A DNA stretch of 63,405 bases from Bacillota bacterium (GCA_028708605.1 JAQVYS010000004.1:1-63405), one strand, 5' to 3'; positions 1 to 10,482 are shown, numbered from the stretch's first letter. Made by a program: numbers and translations. Notes: generated by a model not told the origin, from the letters alone.

Positions 1-819
1 TTTACTTACAACAATACCTGTTAGATAAGATTGATTTTCAGGTTCTTTAACAAAGCTAATAACCGCTTGGCCTAATTGCTTTGAAATTAGAGAAGTGTCA
101 AGAAACATACCAAGAAGATTTCTTAGTGGCCCTTTTTTAAGGTAGTTGTCAATGTGCGTTTTGATAAGTTGCTCAGTTGTGGGTTTTTCTACATACTCTT
201 CGACGCTTGTAGCAAAACTTTGGCTGATTTTAGCAGACCAGATCGGGATATTTTTAAGTATCTCATCTGGAAGAAGCTCCTTTAAGCTTTTGTCTTCGCT
301 AGATAACCTGTCTATCAAAGCCCTCTGCAACTTTTCTTTTATCGCTAAATTGTCTTTAAGATAGTCCTCCAAGCTTAAGCTAACAGACTCGGTCAAACCA
401 TCAATATAACGGTTAACAAAATCCTCAGAGGTCAGTTTTTCACTTAAATACTTCGAGAGACTAATAAGCATCTTGTCTGCGTCTCCAAAGCTCTGTAACA
501 TATCTTTAATTGTCTTTTCGCTGTTTTCAAATGCTAAGAGCTTTTTGTCTATAAATCCTTCAATTGCTAAGAGCTTGTCCGCAGAAACAGCTTCTTTAGC
601 TAGATACTCGGGATTTAGAAGATTCTCTCCTATAGCATCTGCAATGCTTTTAGCGATTCTTTTACGTTCTTTTGGAATCAGACCAGGTGTAAATGGCAAA
701 CCAAGGGGGCCAATATAGACCTTTTTTAGGGGTCTAAATAGCATTTTGATAGCCACCCAATTAGTTATGTAACCTATAATTGCTCCAATAATTGGACTGA
801 CTAAATAGATCCTATCCAT
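1..819 (-). CDS. DUF445-family membrane protein (3' end runs off the window)
   Basis: Absent from the ORF track because there is no stop in the window. Reverse-strand ATG at 819-817 opens an uninterrupted frame to position 1: MDRIYLVSPIIGAIIGYITNWVAIKMLFRPLKKVYIGPLGLPFTPGLIPKERKRIAKSI... This shows the GxxTNxxAIKMLFxP and GLIPK signatures typical of DUF445. The + ORFs 146..364 and 473..718 are its antisense shadows. Confidence 0.65.
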   Translation of the reverse strand, partial: MDRIYLVSPIIGAIIGYITNWVAIKMLFRPLKKVYIGPLGLPFTPGLIPKERKRIAKSIADAIGENLLNPEYLAKEAVSADKLLAIEGFIDKKLLAFENSEKTIKDMLQSFGDADKMLISLSKYLSEKLTSEDFVNRYIDGLTESVSLSLEDYLKDNLAIKEKLQRALIDRLSSEDKSLKELLPDEILKNIPIWSAKISQSFATSVEEYVEKPTTEQLIKTHIDNYLKKGPLRNLLGMFLDTSLISKQLGQAVISFVKEPENQSYLTGIVVSK

Positions 820-919
820 ATCTAGACACCTCGTTTTTCTACGACTATTAGTTATATTATAGACGGAATCACTAAAAAACTACATCAAAAAGGTGGAGGA
901 CTAAACCTCCACCAAGGTT

Positions 920-2203
920 TTATTGTTTCATTCTACTTATATAGCGAGCAAACTCGGTTTGTTTGCGTTTCATTTCTGCTTCGACTAACGAATGAGCCTC
1001 AAGCAAAGCCTTTTTAGGTTCTGTACTCTGCAAAATGACACTCATAGCAGCATTTGATACATGACGCTGGCTTACAACAGAGCCAAGGCCATAACGTGGT
1101 GCCATTGATTGGTAGGATTGCTCATACATTACTTGGACATGCTCTTTAGGGAAGTAATCAATCTGGTTTGCAACATTGATATTGGCAGAGAAGAAAAAGC
1201 CTGAAGGTAACGTTTGCATAACTCTTCTACCATATTCTGCTTGAACCTCTTCTTGGAAGAACCATTTGATGAATTCCCAACTCTCTTTTTGATACTTAGA
1301 GTTGTTAAAAATACCTATTGGAAGTGGTCCATTATAAACAGCGTGGTTTACAGAGCCATCTAGGTGTCTAGTACCTGGATCTAAGCCCAAAGACCATTTA
1401 CCACGAATATTAGGAAAACCCTGGTCTACTGCAGAATAGTTCCAATTCCCTCCTGCAACAATTGGGTGCTCACCAGATGCGAAGGTATTCATTGGAATAA
1501 CTTCCTGTGGTATTTTATAGTCAGTAAATAGCTCCATCATTTCTGCAAAACCGTTTAGTGCCTTTTGGCTGTTTAAACCACTTGAAATACCGTCATCATT
1601 GACATAAACCCCTCCATGTTGCCAGATAAAGTTCATAGTAGACTGAAAATCAGGCAGGAGATACTGAGAGATACAGCCCATATTCATCTCTCTCGCCTGC
1701 ATCTTCGGAAGTAGGGTTCTTACATCATCCCAAGTCTCCGGGTATTCCCACCCATGCTCAGCAAAAATATCAGTCCGATAGTAAGTTAAACCGAATCCAA
1801 ATTCCAGTGGAAGACCATAAGCTGTGCCCATAAACTCTAATGATCTCATCTGCCCTGGATAGAGCTTCTTTTCAAGCTCTGCAAATTCTTCCGGGAAAGT
1901 GCTTCTTAGATCAAGCAAACCTCCACGCATACCAAATTCTACTGGCCACTCAGAGCCAAAGGTCGCTAGATCAGGTGTGTCCCCAGCAGCTAGCGCAAGC
2001 ATTGCTTTAGTCCAAAGATCATCATAACCCATCGTAGTAAAATTTACATCAATATCGGTTTTTGGCGTAAAGTATTCATTAGTCATGTCTTTGATTACCA
2101 TTGCAATCTCGTTTGGCCTAGTCCACCAAATTTCAAGAGTAACTGCATTTACCCCAACAGAAAGTAATAACAATAATAAGACAATAACAGTATAATTTTT
2201 CAT
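920..2203 (-). CDS. ABC transporter extracellular solute-binding protein, family 1 (sugar type), orphan (SBP-A)
   Basis: 427 aa with a cleavable signal peptide (LLLLLSVGVNA/VT) and no lipobox Cys. Size and sequence pattern fit SBP_bac_1/8. C-terminal EMKRKQTEFARYISRM motif is shared with the other five SBPs in the window. No adjacent permease gene. Confidence 0.8.
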   Translation of the reverse strand: MKNYTVIVLLLLLLSVGVNAVTLEIWWTRPNEIAMVIKDMTNEYFTPKTDIDVNFTTMGYDDLWTKAMLALAAGDTPDLATFGSEWPVEFGMRGGLLDLRSTFPEEFAELEKKLYPGQMRSLEFMGTAYGLPLEFGFGLTYYRTDIFAEHGWEYPETWDDVRTLLPKMQAREMNMGCISQYLLPDFQSTMNFIWQHGGVYVNDDGISSGLNSQKALNGFAEMMELFTDYKIPQEVIPMNTFASGEHPIVAGGNWNYSAVDQGFPNIRGKWSLGLDPGTRHLDGSVNHAVYNGPLPIGIFNNSKYQKESWEFIKWFFQEEVQAEYGRRVMQTLPSGFFFSANINVANQIDYFPKEHVQVMYEQSYQSMAPRYGLGSVVSQRHVSNAAMSVILQSTEPKKALLEAHSLVEAEMKRKQTEFARYISRMKQ

Positions 2204-2261
2204 ATTTTCTTCCCCCCAATTTTCCTCTGTTATTTCGTTACATTACTAAATCTAGTTTTAT

Positions 2262-4085
2262 TTACCTTCTTTGTTTCTTCAAAGCACGCTTAAGCCTTTT
2301 TTCATCTGGCACAAGGCACTTTTTATCGCTACCAATTAAATCACTTCGTTCCTCCTTCTTTAGCGCTTCTCTAACTAAAGGCCAGTTCCTTTTGTCCTGA
2401 AACTGTAAAAGCGCCCTTTGCATCTTTTTCTCTTTTTCGCCTGGAACATAGACAGGTTTTCCTGTAAAAGGGTTTTTCCCTGTATACCACATCGCGCAAG
2501 ATACAGTTAAAGGCAGAGGAATAAAGTCTTGAACCTGTTCAAAAAAACGTCCTTGTTTTTTTAGATACAGTGCTAAATCAATCGCATCTCTTAAAGTGCT
2601 TCCTGGGTGAGAGGATATTATATAAGGTATAACATACGGTTTTTTACCTTGGCTTAATGAGATCTGACTATAAGTGTCACAAAACTCTTGATATACTTGA
2701 TGTTTTGGTTTATTCATCAGCTTGAGTACATTATCCGAGATGTGTTCTGGTGCTACCTTAAGTTGCCCTGACACAAAATGTTGACTTAGTTCTTTCATAA
2801 AATTCTTGTCTTTTAGAGCTACATCAAAACGCACTCCTGACTGCACAAACACCCTTTTAACACCAGAGATATTTCTGATTTTATTAAGAAGCTTAACGTA
2901 AGCTTCTTGATTTAATTTAAGATTAGGGCAAATCTTTGGTGTAAGACAGTGCCTGTTTTTGCAGACACCTTTAATGCTCTGTTTAGAACAAACTGTCTGA
3001 TATAAATTAGCTGAAGGACCACCAGCATCATCTATGGTACCCCCAAATTCGCTATCTTGGGCTATAATTCTAGCCTCTTTTAGGATTGAGTCTTCGCTTC
3101 GAGACTGTACAGTTCGGCCTTGATGGAGAGCCAAAGTGCAGAAAAAACACTCACCTGGACAGCCTCTGTGGGTTGTGATACTAAACTGAACAGTTTTTAG
3201 AGCTGGCACTCCACCAGCTTCTTCATATGCTGGGTGTGCTCGCCTTAGAAACGGCAGATTATAGATATAGTCTAACTCATATGATGATAGTGGTGTTTCA
3301 GGTGGATTTACAACTGCATACCAACCATCAAATTGTTCCTGAACTACTGTACGCCCAGATAGTGGATCTAATTCGTTATAAAACGATTTAAACGCCCGGT
3401 TAAACTCTTCTTTGTCGTGCACTTCCTTATATGATGGTAGCACGACGGTATCCTTTGTTAAATACGGGTCTTTTTCTTTGTGAACGCTTCCTCTGATGGC
3501 ATAAAGGCTCTCAATTCCAAGCCCCAAGGCCAAGTTTTGAGCAATGGCCTCTATCTGTTTTTCGCCCATACCATACACTAACAAATCCGCCTTGGCATCA
3601 AAAAGTAAGGAATGACGCAGGCTATTACTCCAGTAATCATAATGAGCTATTCGTCTCATACTTGCTTCAATACCGCCTAGAATAATAGGAACATCGGGAT
3701 AAACTTCCTTTAACTTGTTGCTATAGACAATACTTGCTCGGTCTGGTCTTAAACCAGCCTTCCTGCCAGGCGAATATGCATCTTCTCTACGGCGCCTTTT
3801 AAAAGATGAGTAGTTAGCCACCATTGAATCTAAGTTGCCAGCAGTTACTCCAAAAAAAAGATTTGGCCTGCCAAGTCTCTTAAAATCCTCGTTAGTTCGC
3901 CAGTTTGGTTGTGAGATAATACCAACCTTATATCCGAGACTAACTAGATATCTTCCAAGCAGGGCAGCTCCAAAAGAGGGGTGGTCAACATAGCTGTCCC
4001 CCGTCACAAGCACTATATCTAAGCTATTCCATCCCCAAAGTTTAGTTTCCTTTAATGTCATCGGTAAAAAAAGCTTTTCTTCCAC
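2262..4085 (-). CDS. YgiQ-family radical SAM protein (UPF0313)
   Basis: 607 aa. N-terminus LDIVLVTGDSYVDHPSFGAALLGRYL is typical of YgiQ. CxxxCxxC cluster in HRGCPGECFFC. Basic C-terminal tail. Confidence 0.8.
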   Translation of the reverse strand: MEEKLFLPMTLKETKLWGWNSLDIVLVTGDSYVDHPSFGAALLGRYLVSLGYKVGIISQPNWRTNEDFKRLGRPNLFFGVTAGNLDSMVANYSSFKRRRREDAYSPGRKAGLRPDRASIVYSNKLKEVYPDVPIILGGIEASMRRIAHYDYWSNSLRHSLLFDAKADLLVYGMGEKQIEAIAQNLALGLGIESLYAIRGSVHKEKDPYLTKDTVVLPSYKEVHDKEEFNRAFKSFYNELDPLSGRTVVQEQFDGWYAVVNPPETPLSSYELDYIYNLPFLRRAHPAYEEAGGVPALKTVQFSITTHRGCPGECFFCTLALHQGRTVQSRSEDSILKEARIIAQDSEFGGTIDDAGGPSANLYQTVCSKQSIKGVCKNRHCLTPKICPNLKLNQEAYVKLLNKIRNISGVKRVFVQSGVRFDVALKDKNFMKELSQHFVSGQLKVAPEHISDNVLKLMNKPKHQVYQEFCDTYSQISLSQGKKPYVIPYIISSHPGSTLRDAIDLALYLKKQGRFFEQVQDFIPLPLTVSCAMWYTGKNPFTGKPVYVPGEKEKKMQRALLQFQDKRNWPLVREALKKEERSDLIGSDKKCLVPDEKRLKRALKKQRR

Positions 4086-4407
4086 TACATCACCCTCCCG
4101 ACTAAACCAAGTAGACCTAGTACCTTTTGGAACACTAAGGCATAAATTATCTTATCGACCTAAGTAGATAAAACAATCTCTTAAAGATGTGAATCTTTGG
4201 CAAATATAAAGAGGTAATTTTATCACATTTAAGAAATATATAGTATAACCCTTTTATATGGCACTCAACCCTGATGAATTTTGTCTTGGAATTTCCAATT
4301 AAGGCTTTAAACAATACTTTCTACTCTATGATCTACAATTTTTTGGTTTATTTGGTGATAATAATAAAAATGGTGGTATATATAATAAAGAGCCAGAGTG
4401 TATTATC

Positions 4408-4851
4408 TTGACACTTCCTGGAGATTATCTTAAAATAGGCAAAGTACTCCAAAGTAAAAGCAGTGTTTGGGAGTACAAGAAAGGGGGATGCCCTATGTTT
4501 GATTTTCTACACAACCGTCGGATTCCTGAAGGGTTTCATCTGCCCAAATGGATGCTAAAAGAGTATTTTGGCATTGAGGAAGAACAGTTGCAAGTGGAAA
4601 CAAATTTGATTCTAGAGAAGTTAACTCAACAAATTGATGACCTATCCCATGATGATCACTCCCCCATTACGATCTGGCTGGCATTCCAAGTTATGGCGGA
4701 TCAGCTCTCTGAGACCTTAAGTGATTCAGTAGAAATATATCATAAGCTAGCCCAAGGCGAATTAACTGCTAGGGAGGCTTTAGCCTTAACAAGGCTTAGA
4801 CAGATAGAGCGCGATTATTATGATGAAGACGAAGATGAAGACAAAGAATGA
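4408..4851 (+). CDS. hypothetical protein with acidic C-terminus (true start possibly the internal Met near 4495)
   Basis: 147-aa ORF with no recognisable motif, ending in a DYYDEDEDEDKE tail and followed by a terminator. Confidence 0.4.
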   Translation: MTLPGDYLKIGKVLQSKSSVWEYKKGGCPMFDFLHNRRIPEGFHLPKWMLKEYFGIEEEQLQVETNLILEKLTQQIDDLSHDDHSPITIWLAFQVMADQLSETLSDSVEIYHKLAQGELTAREALALTRLRQIERDYYDEDEDEDKE

Positions 4852-4853
4852 TT

Positions 4854-4877
4854 GCAGCCCAAAGAGGCTGCTTTTTT
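4854..4877 (+). terminator. rho-independent terminator
   Basis: GCAGCC-caaaga-GGCTGC followed by TTTTTT. Confidence 0.6.
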
Positions 4878-5787
4878 ATAGTTCTTTTAGACCTTCAAGA
4901 AGCCTATAGAGATCACTAGGAAGCTTAGCCTTTAGCTTTAGAATGGAACCGGTTTTCGGATGAAAAAACTCTAAATAAGACGCGTGCAAGAAAATGCGTT
5001 CAAATCCGTTTGTTGCTTCGCCATAGAAATCGTCTCCGGCAATAGGGTGGCCACTAGCACTCAAATGTACCCGGATTTGGTGTGTCCTCCCGCTTTCAAG
5101 ACTAAGCTTAACTAAAGTAAAATCAGCGTAACGTTTTATTACTTGATATCTTGTAATAGCAGTCTTCCCTTGAGGACCTACTGTTCGTTTTATGCCTTCT
5201 TTAGGTTCTACAATATTAAAATCGATAACCCCATTATCTGAAGAAAAATTACCGTGAGTTAGGGCAAGATAAACTTTTTTCATTTGACCTACCTCTTCTG
5301 AAAGAATTGAAGCAGCTAGAGGATTTTTGGCAACAAGAACAAGGCCTGATGTGCCTTTGTCCAAACGGTTAATTAAGTAACTACTTGGAACTTCTCCTTT
5401 TTCTGCCAAATAGCCTGCAATATAGTTTGCAAGAGTTCCTGATATGTATTGGTGCCTTGGATGCATGATCTGACCGGAAGACTTATTAATAACTAAAATT
5501 TCGTCATCTTCATAGACAATCTTTAACGAAGAAACCTCTGGGAATACCTTACTTTGCTGTTCTAAGTACAGCTCTACGATGTCCCAAGCATTAAGTTGTT
5601 TGGTAAAATAAACATTTTCTTTATTCACCTGTAAAACACCATCATTTTTTATGTTTCTAATTAGACCAGTAGAAAAATGATAGTGCCTTTTTAAAACATC
5701 CCTTACTTTCCAACCGGTCTCATTTGGCATAATAACAGCACGAAAGAAAGGTTTTCTATCTTCTATCATCAACATCACTCTTTCCAA
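4876..5787 (-). CDS. RluA-family pseudouridine synthase (RluD-like, with S4-like N-terminus)
   Basis: 303 aa with motifs HRLDKGTSGLVLVAK-like (NRLDKGTSGLVLVAKN) and GRTHQIRVHL. Confidence 0.8.
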   Translation of the reverse strand: MERVMLMIEDRKPFFRAVIMPNETGWKVRDVLKRHYHFSTGLIRNIKNDGVLQVNKENVYFTKQLNAWDIVELYLEQQSKVFPEVSSLKIVYEDDEILVINKSSGQIMHPRHQYISGTLANYIAGYLAEKGEVPSSYLINRLDKGTSGLVLVAKNPLAASILSEEVGQMKKVYLALTHGNFSSDNGVIDFNIVEPKEGIKRTVGPQGKTAITRYQVIKRYADFTLVKLSLESGRTHQIRVHLSASGHPIAGDDFYGEATNGFERIFLHASYLEFFHPKTGSILKLKAKLPSDLYRLLEGLKEL

Positions 5788-5835
5788 AATCTTCCATAAG
5801 CCCTAGCTTGAAATAGCCCTTTGCAGAGCAAAGGG

Positions 5836-6318
5836 CTATTGGGCTCTTTCAAGGGCTCTTTTAGCAGCAACCCTAAACTTATCACTTGTTCCGGTTGCAC
5901 CTGCTATATCATCTACTTCATCAGGGTCTTGTACTTCGAGTAGCTTATCCTCTAGCTGGCGCATTGCATCTAGTGCTAGTGGATAAGGATAGCTTTCATC
6001 CTTAGGTTTTTGTTCATTTTCAGCTTGATACTCGGTATATGAGGCTTCTTTGATTTTACTATCCTTGATCTCTAATTCTATATAGCCATAACTGCCATGG
6101 TCATCGACATCACTTCGACCAACAAAGTTTCCGTTTTTAAACAGCTTCTCTCCAGTCTCTTTTAAATCCTTACCCATGTTCTCAGTTTTGTCTTTGATAT
6201 CTTCTACTTTGTCAGGTCTATCATCTAGTATATCTTCATCAACTTTGTTACCATAATACAACACCAAACCTACTACGACAACTGCTATTGCAAGTAGCCA
6301 AATCACCTTACGATTCAA
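5836..6318 (-). CDS. FMN-binding domain protein, membrane anchored
   Basis: 160 aa with an N-terminal TM helix. C-terminal DDIAGATGTSDKF matches the FMN_bind (xSGATxTS) motif. Confidence 0.55.
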   Translation of the reverse strand: MNRKVIWLLAIAVVVVGLVLYYGNKVDEDILDDRPDKVEDIKDKTENMGKDLKETGEKLFKNGNFVGRSDVDDHGSYGYIELEIKDSKIKEASYTEYQAENEQKPKDESYPYPLALDAMRQLEDKLLEVQDPDEVDDIAGATGTSDKFRVAAKRALERAQ

Positions 6319-6386
6319 CGAGGATCAACTCCTTAAAAGAATCTTCTTATGTTAGGCTACCCTAAGCAGAAAGCTTTATTCCATAA

Positions 6387-6878
6387 CTAAAGGCCGTATT
6401 CGATGTTCCCATCCCACTCTAACATGCCACCTTCGTAATTCAAAACTTCCTCAAAACCATTTTCAGCAAGCAGCCTTGCAGCTTCAAGACTCCTTCTACC
6501 AGATCTACAGACAACGAGAATGGTCTTGTTTTTCGGTAAATTATTAAGAAAAGTTGGGATGTCTCCCAAAGGTATCAGGATTGACCCTGGTATGTGCCCT
6601 GCCTCGTACTCGAATGGTTCTCTCACATCAACAATAAGAAGACTGTCACTTTGTGTGCTGGTCATATCTTTTACCTTACTTGTATTAATGTTCATAATTT
6701 GCTTAGACGCCGACCTTTCTCTGATTGTGATAAATATTATTAAACCAACTAATGCAAAACCTAGAAGTATCGGTAAACTTTTGTGTATCTTTTTCACAAA
6801 GCTGATTCTCCTCGAAGAAATTTGCTTAGAATCTGCGTATACTAAATCCTGCTTAAGTACATAATATTTTTGTGGCAC
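6387..6878 (-). CDS. rhodanese-like sulfurtransferase domain protein with N-terminal TM segment
   Basis: VDVREPFEYEAGHIPGSILIP ... VVCRSGRRS active-site loop (CRSGxRS). Confidence 0.8.
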   Translation of the reverse strand: MPQKYYVLKQDLVYADSKQISSRRISFVKKIHKSLPILLGFALVGLIIFITIRERSASKQIMNINTSKVKDMTSTQSDSLLIVDVREPFEYEAGHIPGSILIPLGDIPTFLNNLPKNKTILVVCRSGRRSLEAARLLAENGFEEVLNYEGGMLEWDGNIEYGL

Positions 6879-6920
6879 GTTAAAAGGCTAAATATATCTA
6901 TTGCTTAGCCTAGTTGCCCA

Positions 6921-6955
6921 AAAAGGTTCGTGAGTCTTATCTCATGAACCTTTTT
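6921..6955 (-). terminator. bidirectional intrinsic terminator (serves the regulator gene 7009..8127)
   Basis: AAAAGGTTCGTGAG-tcttat-CTCATGAACCTTTTT, with an A-run and a T-run on either side. Confidence 0.6.
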
Positions 6956-7008
6956 ATAGTTTAAAGCAGGAGATAATTTGTGCATATGGAAAATTTATAC
7001 TAATGCAA

Positions 7009-8127
7009 TTAAGGCCTAGCTGCAGTTGAGTTTCTCACTATTAGCTCTGTGGGGATTATCTTTGATCTTTTGCTTTCATAGCTCATTAGCATATCAATTG
7101 CTTCTTTGGCAATTTCAAAAAAAGGTTGTTTGACTGTAGTTAGAGGTGGTTGGAGATATATTGCTGCAGGTGAATCGTCAAACCCCACTAATGATACATC
7201 GTTGGGGATGCTTAAATTGAGCTTTTTTAAGGCACTGCTTGCAGCTGAAGCTAGTTCAAACCCTGTTGCAAAAACTGCTGTAATTTGCTGTTTCTCTAAA
7301 AGTTCTTCTAGCGCTTTCTGAATCAAGCTAAGAGTTTCGTTGCCTATGGCATTGATATTAATAAAAAGATCATCAAAGGATTCTAAGCCAAACTCATACA
7401 TCGCATCTTTGGCACCTTGAATGCGCTGCATTGAATTAGAAGTTTCTGCCCAAGAATAAAAAACAGCAATTTTCCTATGACCAAGACTATATAGATGAGA
7501 AATCGCGGTTTTTGCGCCCTGGTAGTTATCTGCGTCTACGAAAGCAACGCCCATATTTTCCCAATTAGCGCTAATTGCAACTATAGGAAGCCCAGATTTC
7601 CCTATTTTATTAATGCTATCGTTCCAGCTATAAAGCGGATTAACTAGAACAAAGCGTTCTCTTTTGCGATCAGCTTTTTCAATGTATTTTTCAAGTTCAA
7701 AAGGGCTAGCAGCAGTCAAAATGGAGAACTCGCAGTTGTAAGGGACCCCTGCCTCCATCAAGTTTCTTAAAATTGTTCCCATATAGACATCCTTAGCAAG
7801 GTATTCTACTGCATTTAAGGCTTCATCTAAGTTGTCTTCGTTTTTTCCCAATTCGCCAAATATGACAATGTTAACTTTAGTAGAAACCTTTTTATCAGGA
7901 TCTTTTGATAAGACAAACGTACCAACACCCATTTCTCTTTCAAGATAGCCTTCTCTTACCAGTTCCTGAATTGCTCTGTTAGCTGTCATTTGACTCACGT
8001 CATAATACATCGCTAATTTGCGCTCACCAGGTAGCTTATCTCCTACCTGACGGTTTCCATTTTTGATTTCCTTAAGGATGCCTTCCTTTACCTTGAGATA
8101 TCTTGGTTTACTACCTCTGCTTCTCAT
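7009..8127 (-). CDS. GntR-type HTH fused to a LacI/PBP1-type sugar-binding domain (AraR-like regulator)
   Basis: 372 aa. N-terminal GDKLPGERKLAMYYDVSQMTANRAIQELVREGYL is a GntR wHTH. The remainder resembles a LacI-family periplasmic-binding fold (VGFDD). Divergent from SBP-B. Confidence 0.7.
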   Translation of the reverse strand: MRSRGSKPRYLKVKEGILKEIKNGNRQVGDKLPGERKLAMYYDVSQMTANRAIQELVREGYLEREMGVGTFVLSKDPDKKVSTKVNIVIFGELGKNEDNLDEALNAVEYLAKDVYMGTILRNLMEAGVPYNCEFSILTAASPFELEKYIEKADRKRERFVLVNPLYSWNDSINKIGKSGLPIVAISANWENMGVAFVDADNYQGAKTAISHLYSLGHRKIAVFYSWAETSNSMQRIQGAKDAMYEFGLESFDDLFININAIGNETLSLIQKALEELLEKQQITAVFATGFELASAASSALKKLNLSIPNDVSLVGFDDSPAAIYLQPPLTTVKQPFFEIAKEAIDMLMSYESKRSKIIPTELIVRNSTAARP

Positions 8128-8347
8128 TAACTGGATCTCACCCTCTTTGATTGTTATAGAACAGAGACGAATTTAGACTCACTTTGTCCGTAAATCACCC
8201 TTTTTTCAATTATATGTTATTTCCAAGAAAATTCAAGCTATGACTAAGTGATGCTGGAAGAGGATCCTAAGAGCAAAATAGTACCTAAAAAACTTTACCT
8301 AAACTTGGTTAGTATTGATACAAAAATTAATATAAGGAGGATTTGCA

Positions 8348-9634
8348 TTGAAAAAAGCAGTTTTATTGTTTTTGCTTTGTATGTTACTGTCCACTCTAGC
8401 AGTAGCACAAGAGAGAACACTAAATATTTGGGCCGCTTGGGCTAATGAATGGGTCAATATTTTCCAACAGTTAACTGACCAACATTTTACTCCTGCTACA
8501 GGTATCGAAGTAAAGATTTCAGCTCTACCTTGGGATAGTTTTGAACAGAAATTTTTGCTTGCAGCTGCAACTGGTGATGTTCCTGATATTGGTTTAACAG
8601 GAGGATTAGGACCTGCAGACCTTGGCGTGCGTGGTGCTGTTGTGGATCTAAAAGCCAGATTTGGCAAAGAGGTTAATGAGCTTTCTAGCCAATTTTTCCC
8701 AGGACTTATGCGTTCGCTTACCTTTTATGATGCAGTTTTTGGAATGCCAATGATCTATGGTAGTTATAATCTTTTCTACAGAACGGATATTTTAACTGAA
8801 TTTGGTTTAAGTGTTCCAGATACTTGGGACGAAGTTCGAGCATTGATTCCAAAACTACAGGCAAATGACAAAAACTTTGCTGTAGCATATGGTCACCAAA
8901 GTATAGCTGACTTTTCGCTCTTTCTCTTCCAAAGAGATGGGGACTGGTATACACCTGATCTTAAGAAATCAGCGTTAGATTCAGGTGAAAGCATTCTGGC
9001 CTTTACGGAGTTTACCGAACTGTTTACCAAGTATAATATCCCTAAAGAAATCCAACCAAACTTCCAACCATTTAGAACCGGAGATATCCCCATGCAAATC
9101 GGAGCTACTTTTGATTATGCCAATCTACAAATAGCAGCACCTGAGATTAGGGGAAAGTGGGGCATGTCCATGGTTCCTGGAACACCCGATGAAAATGGCG
9201 AACTTAATCGATCTGCTTATATTGGTACAATGGGTATTATGATCTTTGAAAAAAGTAAAGACGTTCCTGGAGCTTGGGAGTGGATTAAGTGGTTTATGAG
9301 TGAAGAAACTCAAGCTACAGTGTCTAATGAAATTATGACTAGGATTCCTGGTGGTATGCTGTTCCCTGCAAACTATAATGCACTAATGAACATCAACATT
9401 CCGGAAGAGCACCGTACAGTTTTAGTCAAACAAGGCATGGTAGGTAAAGCACCAGCTTACGCCCTTTCTCCAGAAAGCGTAACTAAGAGATTCATATCTA
9501 ATGCCCTTAGCGAAGTTGTACTGTTAAATTCAGATCCCGAAGAAACAATTCTTAAAGCTGCCAGTGAAATGACTGCTGAACTAACCCGAAAACAAGCAGA
9601 GTTCAACAGATTTATTAGTAAATTAAAAAACTAA
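8348..9634 (+). CDS. ABC transporter solute-binding protein, family 1, orphan (SBP-B)
   Basis: 428 aa. TTG start 7 nt after AAGGAGG. Signal peptide ...STLAVA/QE. C-terminal ELTRKQAEFNRFISKL motif. Confidence 0.8.
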   Translation: MKKAVLLFLLCMLLSTLAVAQERTLNIWAAWANEWVNIFQQLTDQHFTPATGIEVKISALPWDSFEQKFLLAAATGDVPDIGLTGGLGPADLGVRGAVVDLKARFGKEVNELSSQFFPGLMRSLTFYDAVFGMPMIYGSYNLFYRTDILTEFGLSVPDTWDEVRALIPKLQANDKNFAVAYGHQSIADFSLFLFQRDGDWYTPDLKKSALDSGESILAFTEFTELFTKYNIPKEIQPNFQPFRTGDIPMQIGATFDYANLQIAAPEIRGKWGMSMVPGTPDENGELNRSAYIGTMGIMIFEKSKDVPGAWEWIKWFMSEETQATVSNEIMTRIPGGMLFPANYNALMNINIPEEHRTVLVKQGMVGKAPAYALSPESVTKRFISNALSEVVLLNSDPEETILKAASEMTAELTRKQAEFNRFISKLKN

Positions 9635-9656
9635 CTTGTGCCTTGGCAGACAATTG

Positions 9657-9691
9657 AAAAAAGCAGACCAAATAACAGTGGTCTGCTTTTT
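9657..9691 (+). terminator. rho-independent terminator
   Basis: AGCAGACCA-aataacag-TGGTCTGCT plus a T-run. Nearly the same hairpin recurs at 11765..11796. Confidence 0.75.
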
Positions 9692-9870
9692 GCTTAGAAC
9701 ATTCAAGTGTAAAGAAAAATAGCATTTTTTAAACGGTTCTATTTATTAAGACATTAAGATTTGGAGAACCTTGACATTGCAAAAAAGCAGGATATCTTTC
9801 CATTTTCTATAATTAAACAGATGTAATTAATAAAAAGACGTGCAATTTATAGTCAATAGTTTCTAATGGA

Positions 9871-10420
9871 CTTTGGCAACCACATAGTCATTCCACATCA
9901 ACGTTAGAAGGTGAGTAATTCCAAGCATAGTTGGGATCAAACGCTCGATTGTTAGACCACAACCCATAGATTAATTGTGTAATTTTGCAGGCTATAATTT
10001 GAGTTATTACACTCGAATCATAGCCTAGATCTCTTTTAGTATTGTAGTATTCCTGGAATTCTGGTTAATTCTATGTACATTGGTAGCAGCGATCCAAAGG
10101 CTATGGCGTAAAACAGAGAACCATATTTAGACATGCGATTCCGAGTGCATGCCATTCGAATGAAAGCATCAATACCAGCAAATAAAACGACAGCCTCGGC
10201 ATCTTTGAATCTGTGGATGTCACTTACTTCACCGCAAATTGTGACAACAAGATCAAGTGTGATTCTTGAAATAGCCTCAATTACATGGCGGTCGAGGGTT
10301 TCCTTTGCAGGTTGCAATTCTCCCATAACGTTATCGGGAGCTTTTTCTATTTCGTCAACCTAGCTTCTTATACGAGAAAACCTTACCATTTGACGTGGAA
10401 TCCCTATGTGGTTGTCAAAG
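9871..10420. mobile_element. internally deleted IS remnant bounded by 30-bp imperfect inverted repeats
   Basis: 9871-9900 ctttggcaaccacatagtcattccacatca matches the reverse complement of 10391-10420 ctttgacaaccacatagggattccacgtca at 26/30 positions. It encloses a transposase fragment. Confidence 0.55.
10036..10326 (-). pseudogene. IS110-family-like transposase C-terminal fragment
   Basis: ICGEVSDIHRFKDAEAVVLFAGIDAFI...RMSKYGS resembles the IS110 C-terminal block (EIGDIxRFxxxxxLxAYAGLxP...ISKRGS). Only ~96 aa remain and they are degenerate. Confidence 0.45.
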
Positions 10421-10482
10421 ATTATATTACATTGACATCAGTGCATGTCAACAACATTACAATATAAGGGGGGACATATTCT

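Noticed and set aside
146-718. Track ORFs 146..364 and 473..718 (+).
   Set aside because: They are low-complexity Ser/Leu-rich translations lying antisense to a continuous, motif-bearing DUF445 frame on the minus strand.
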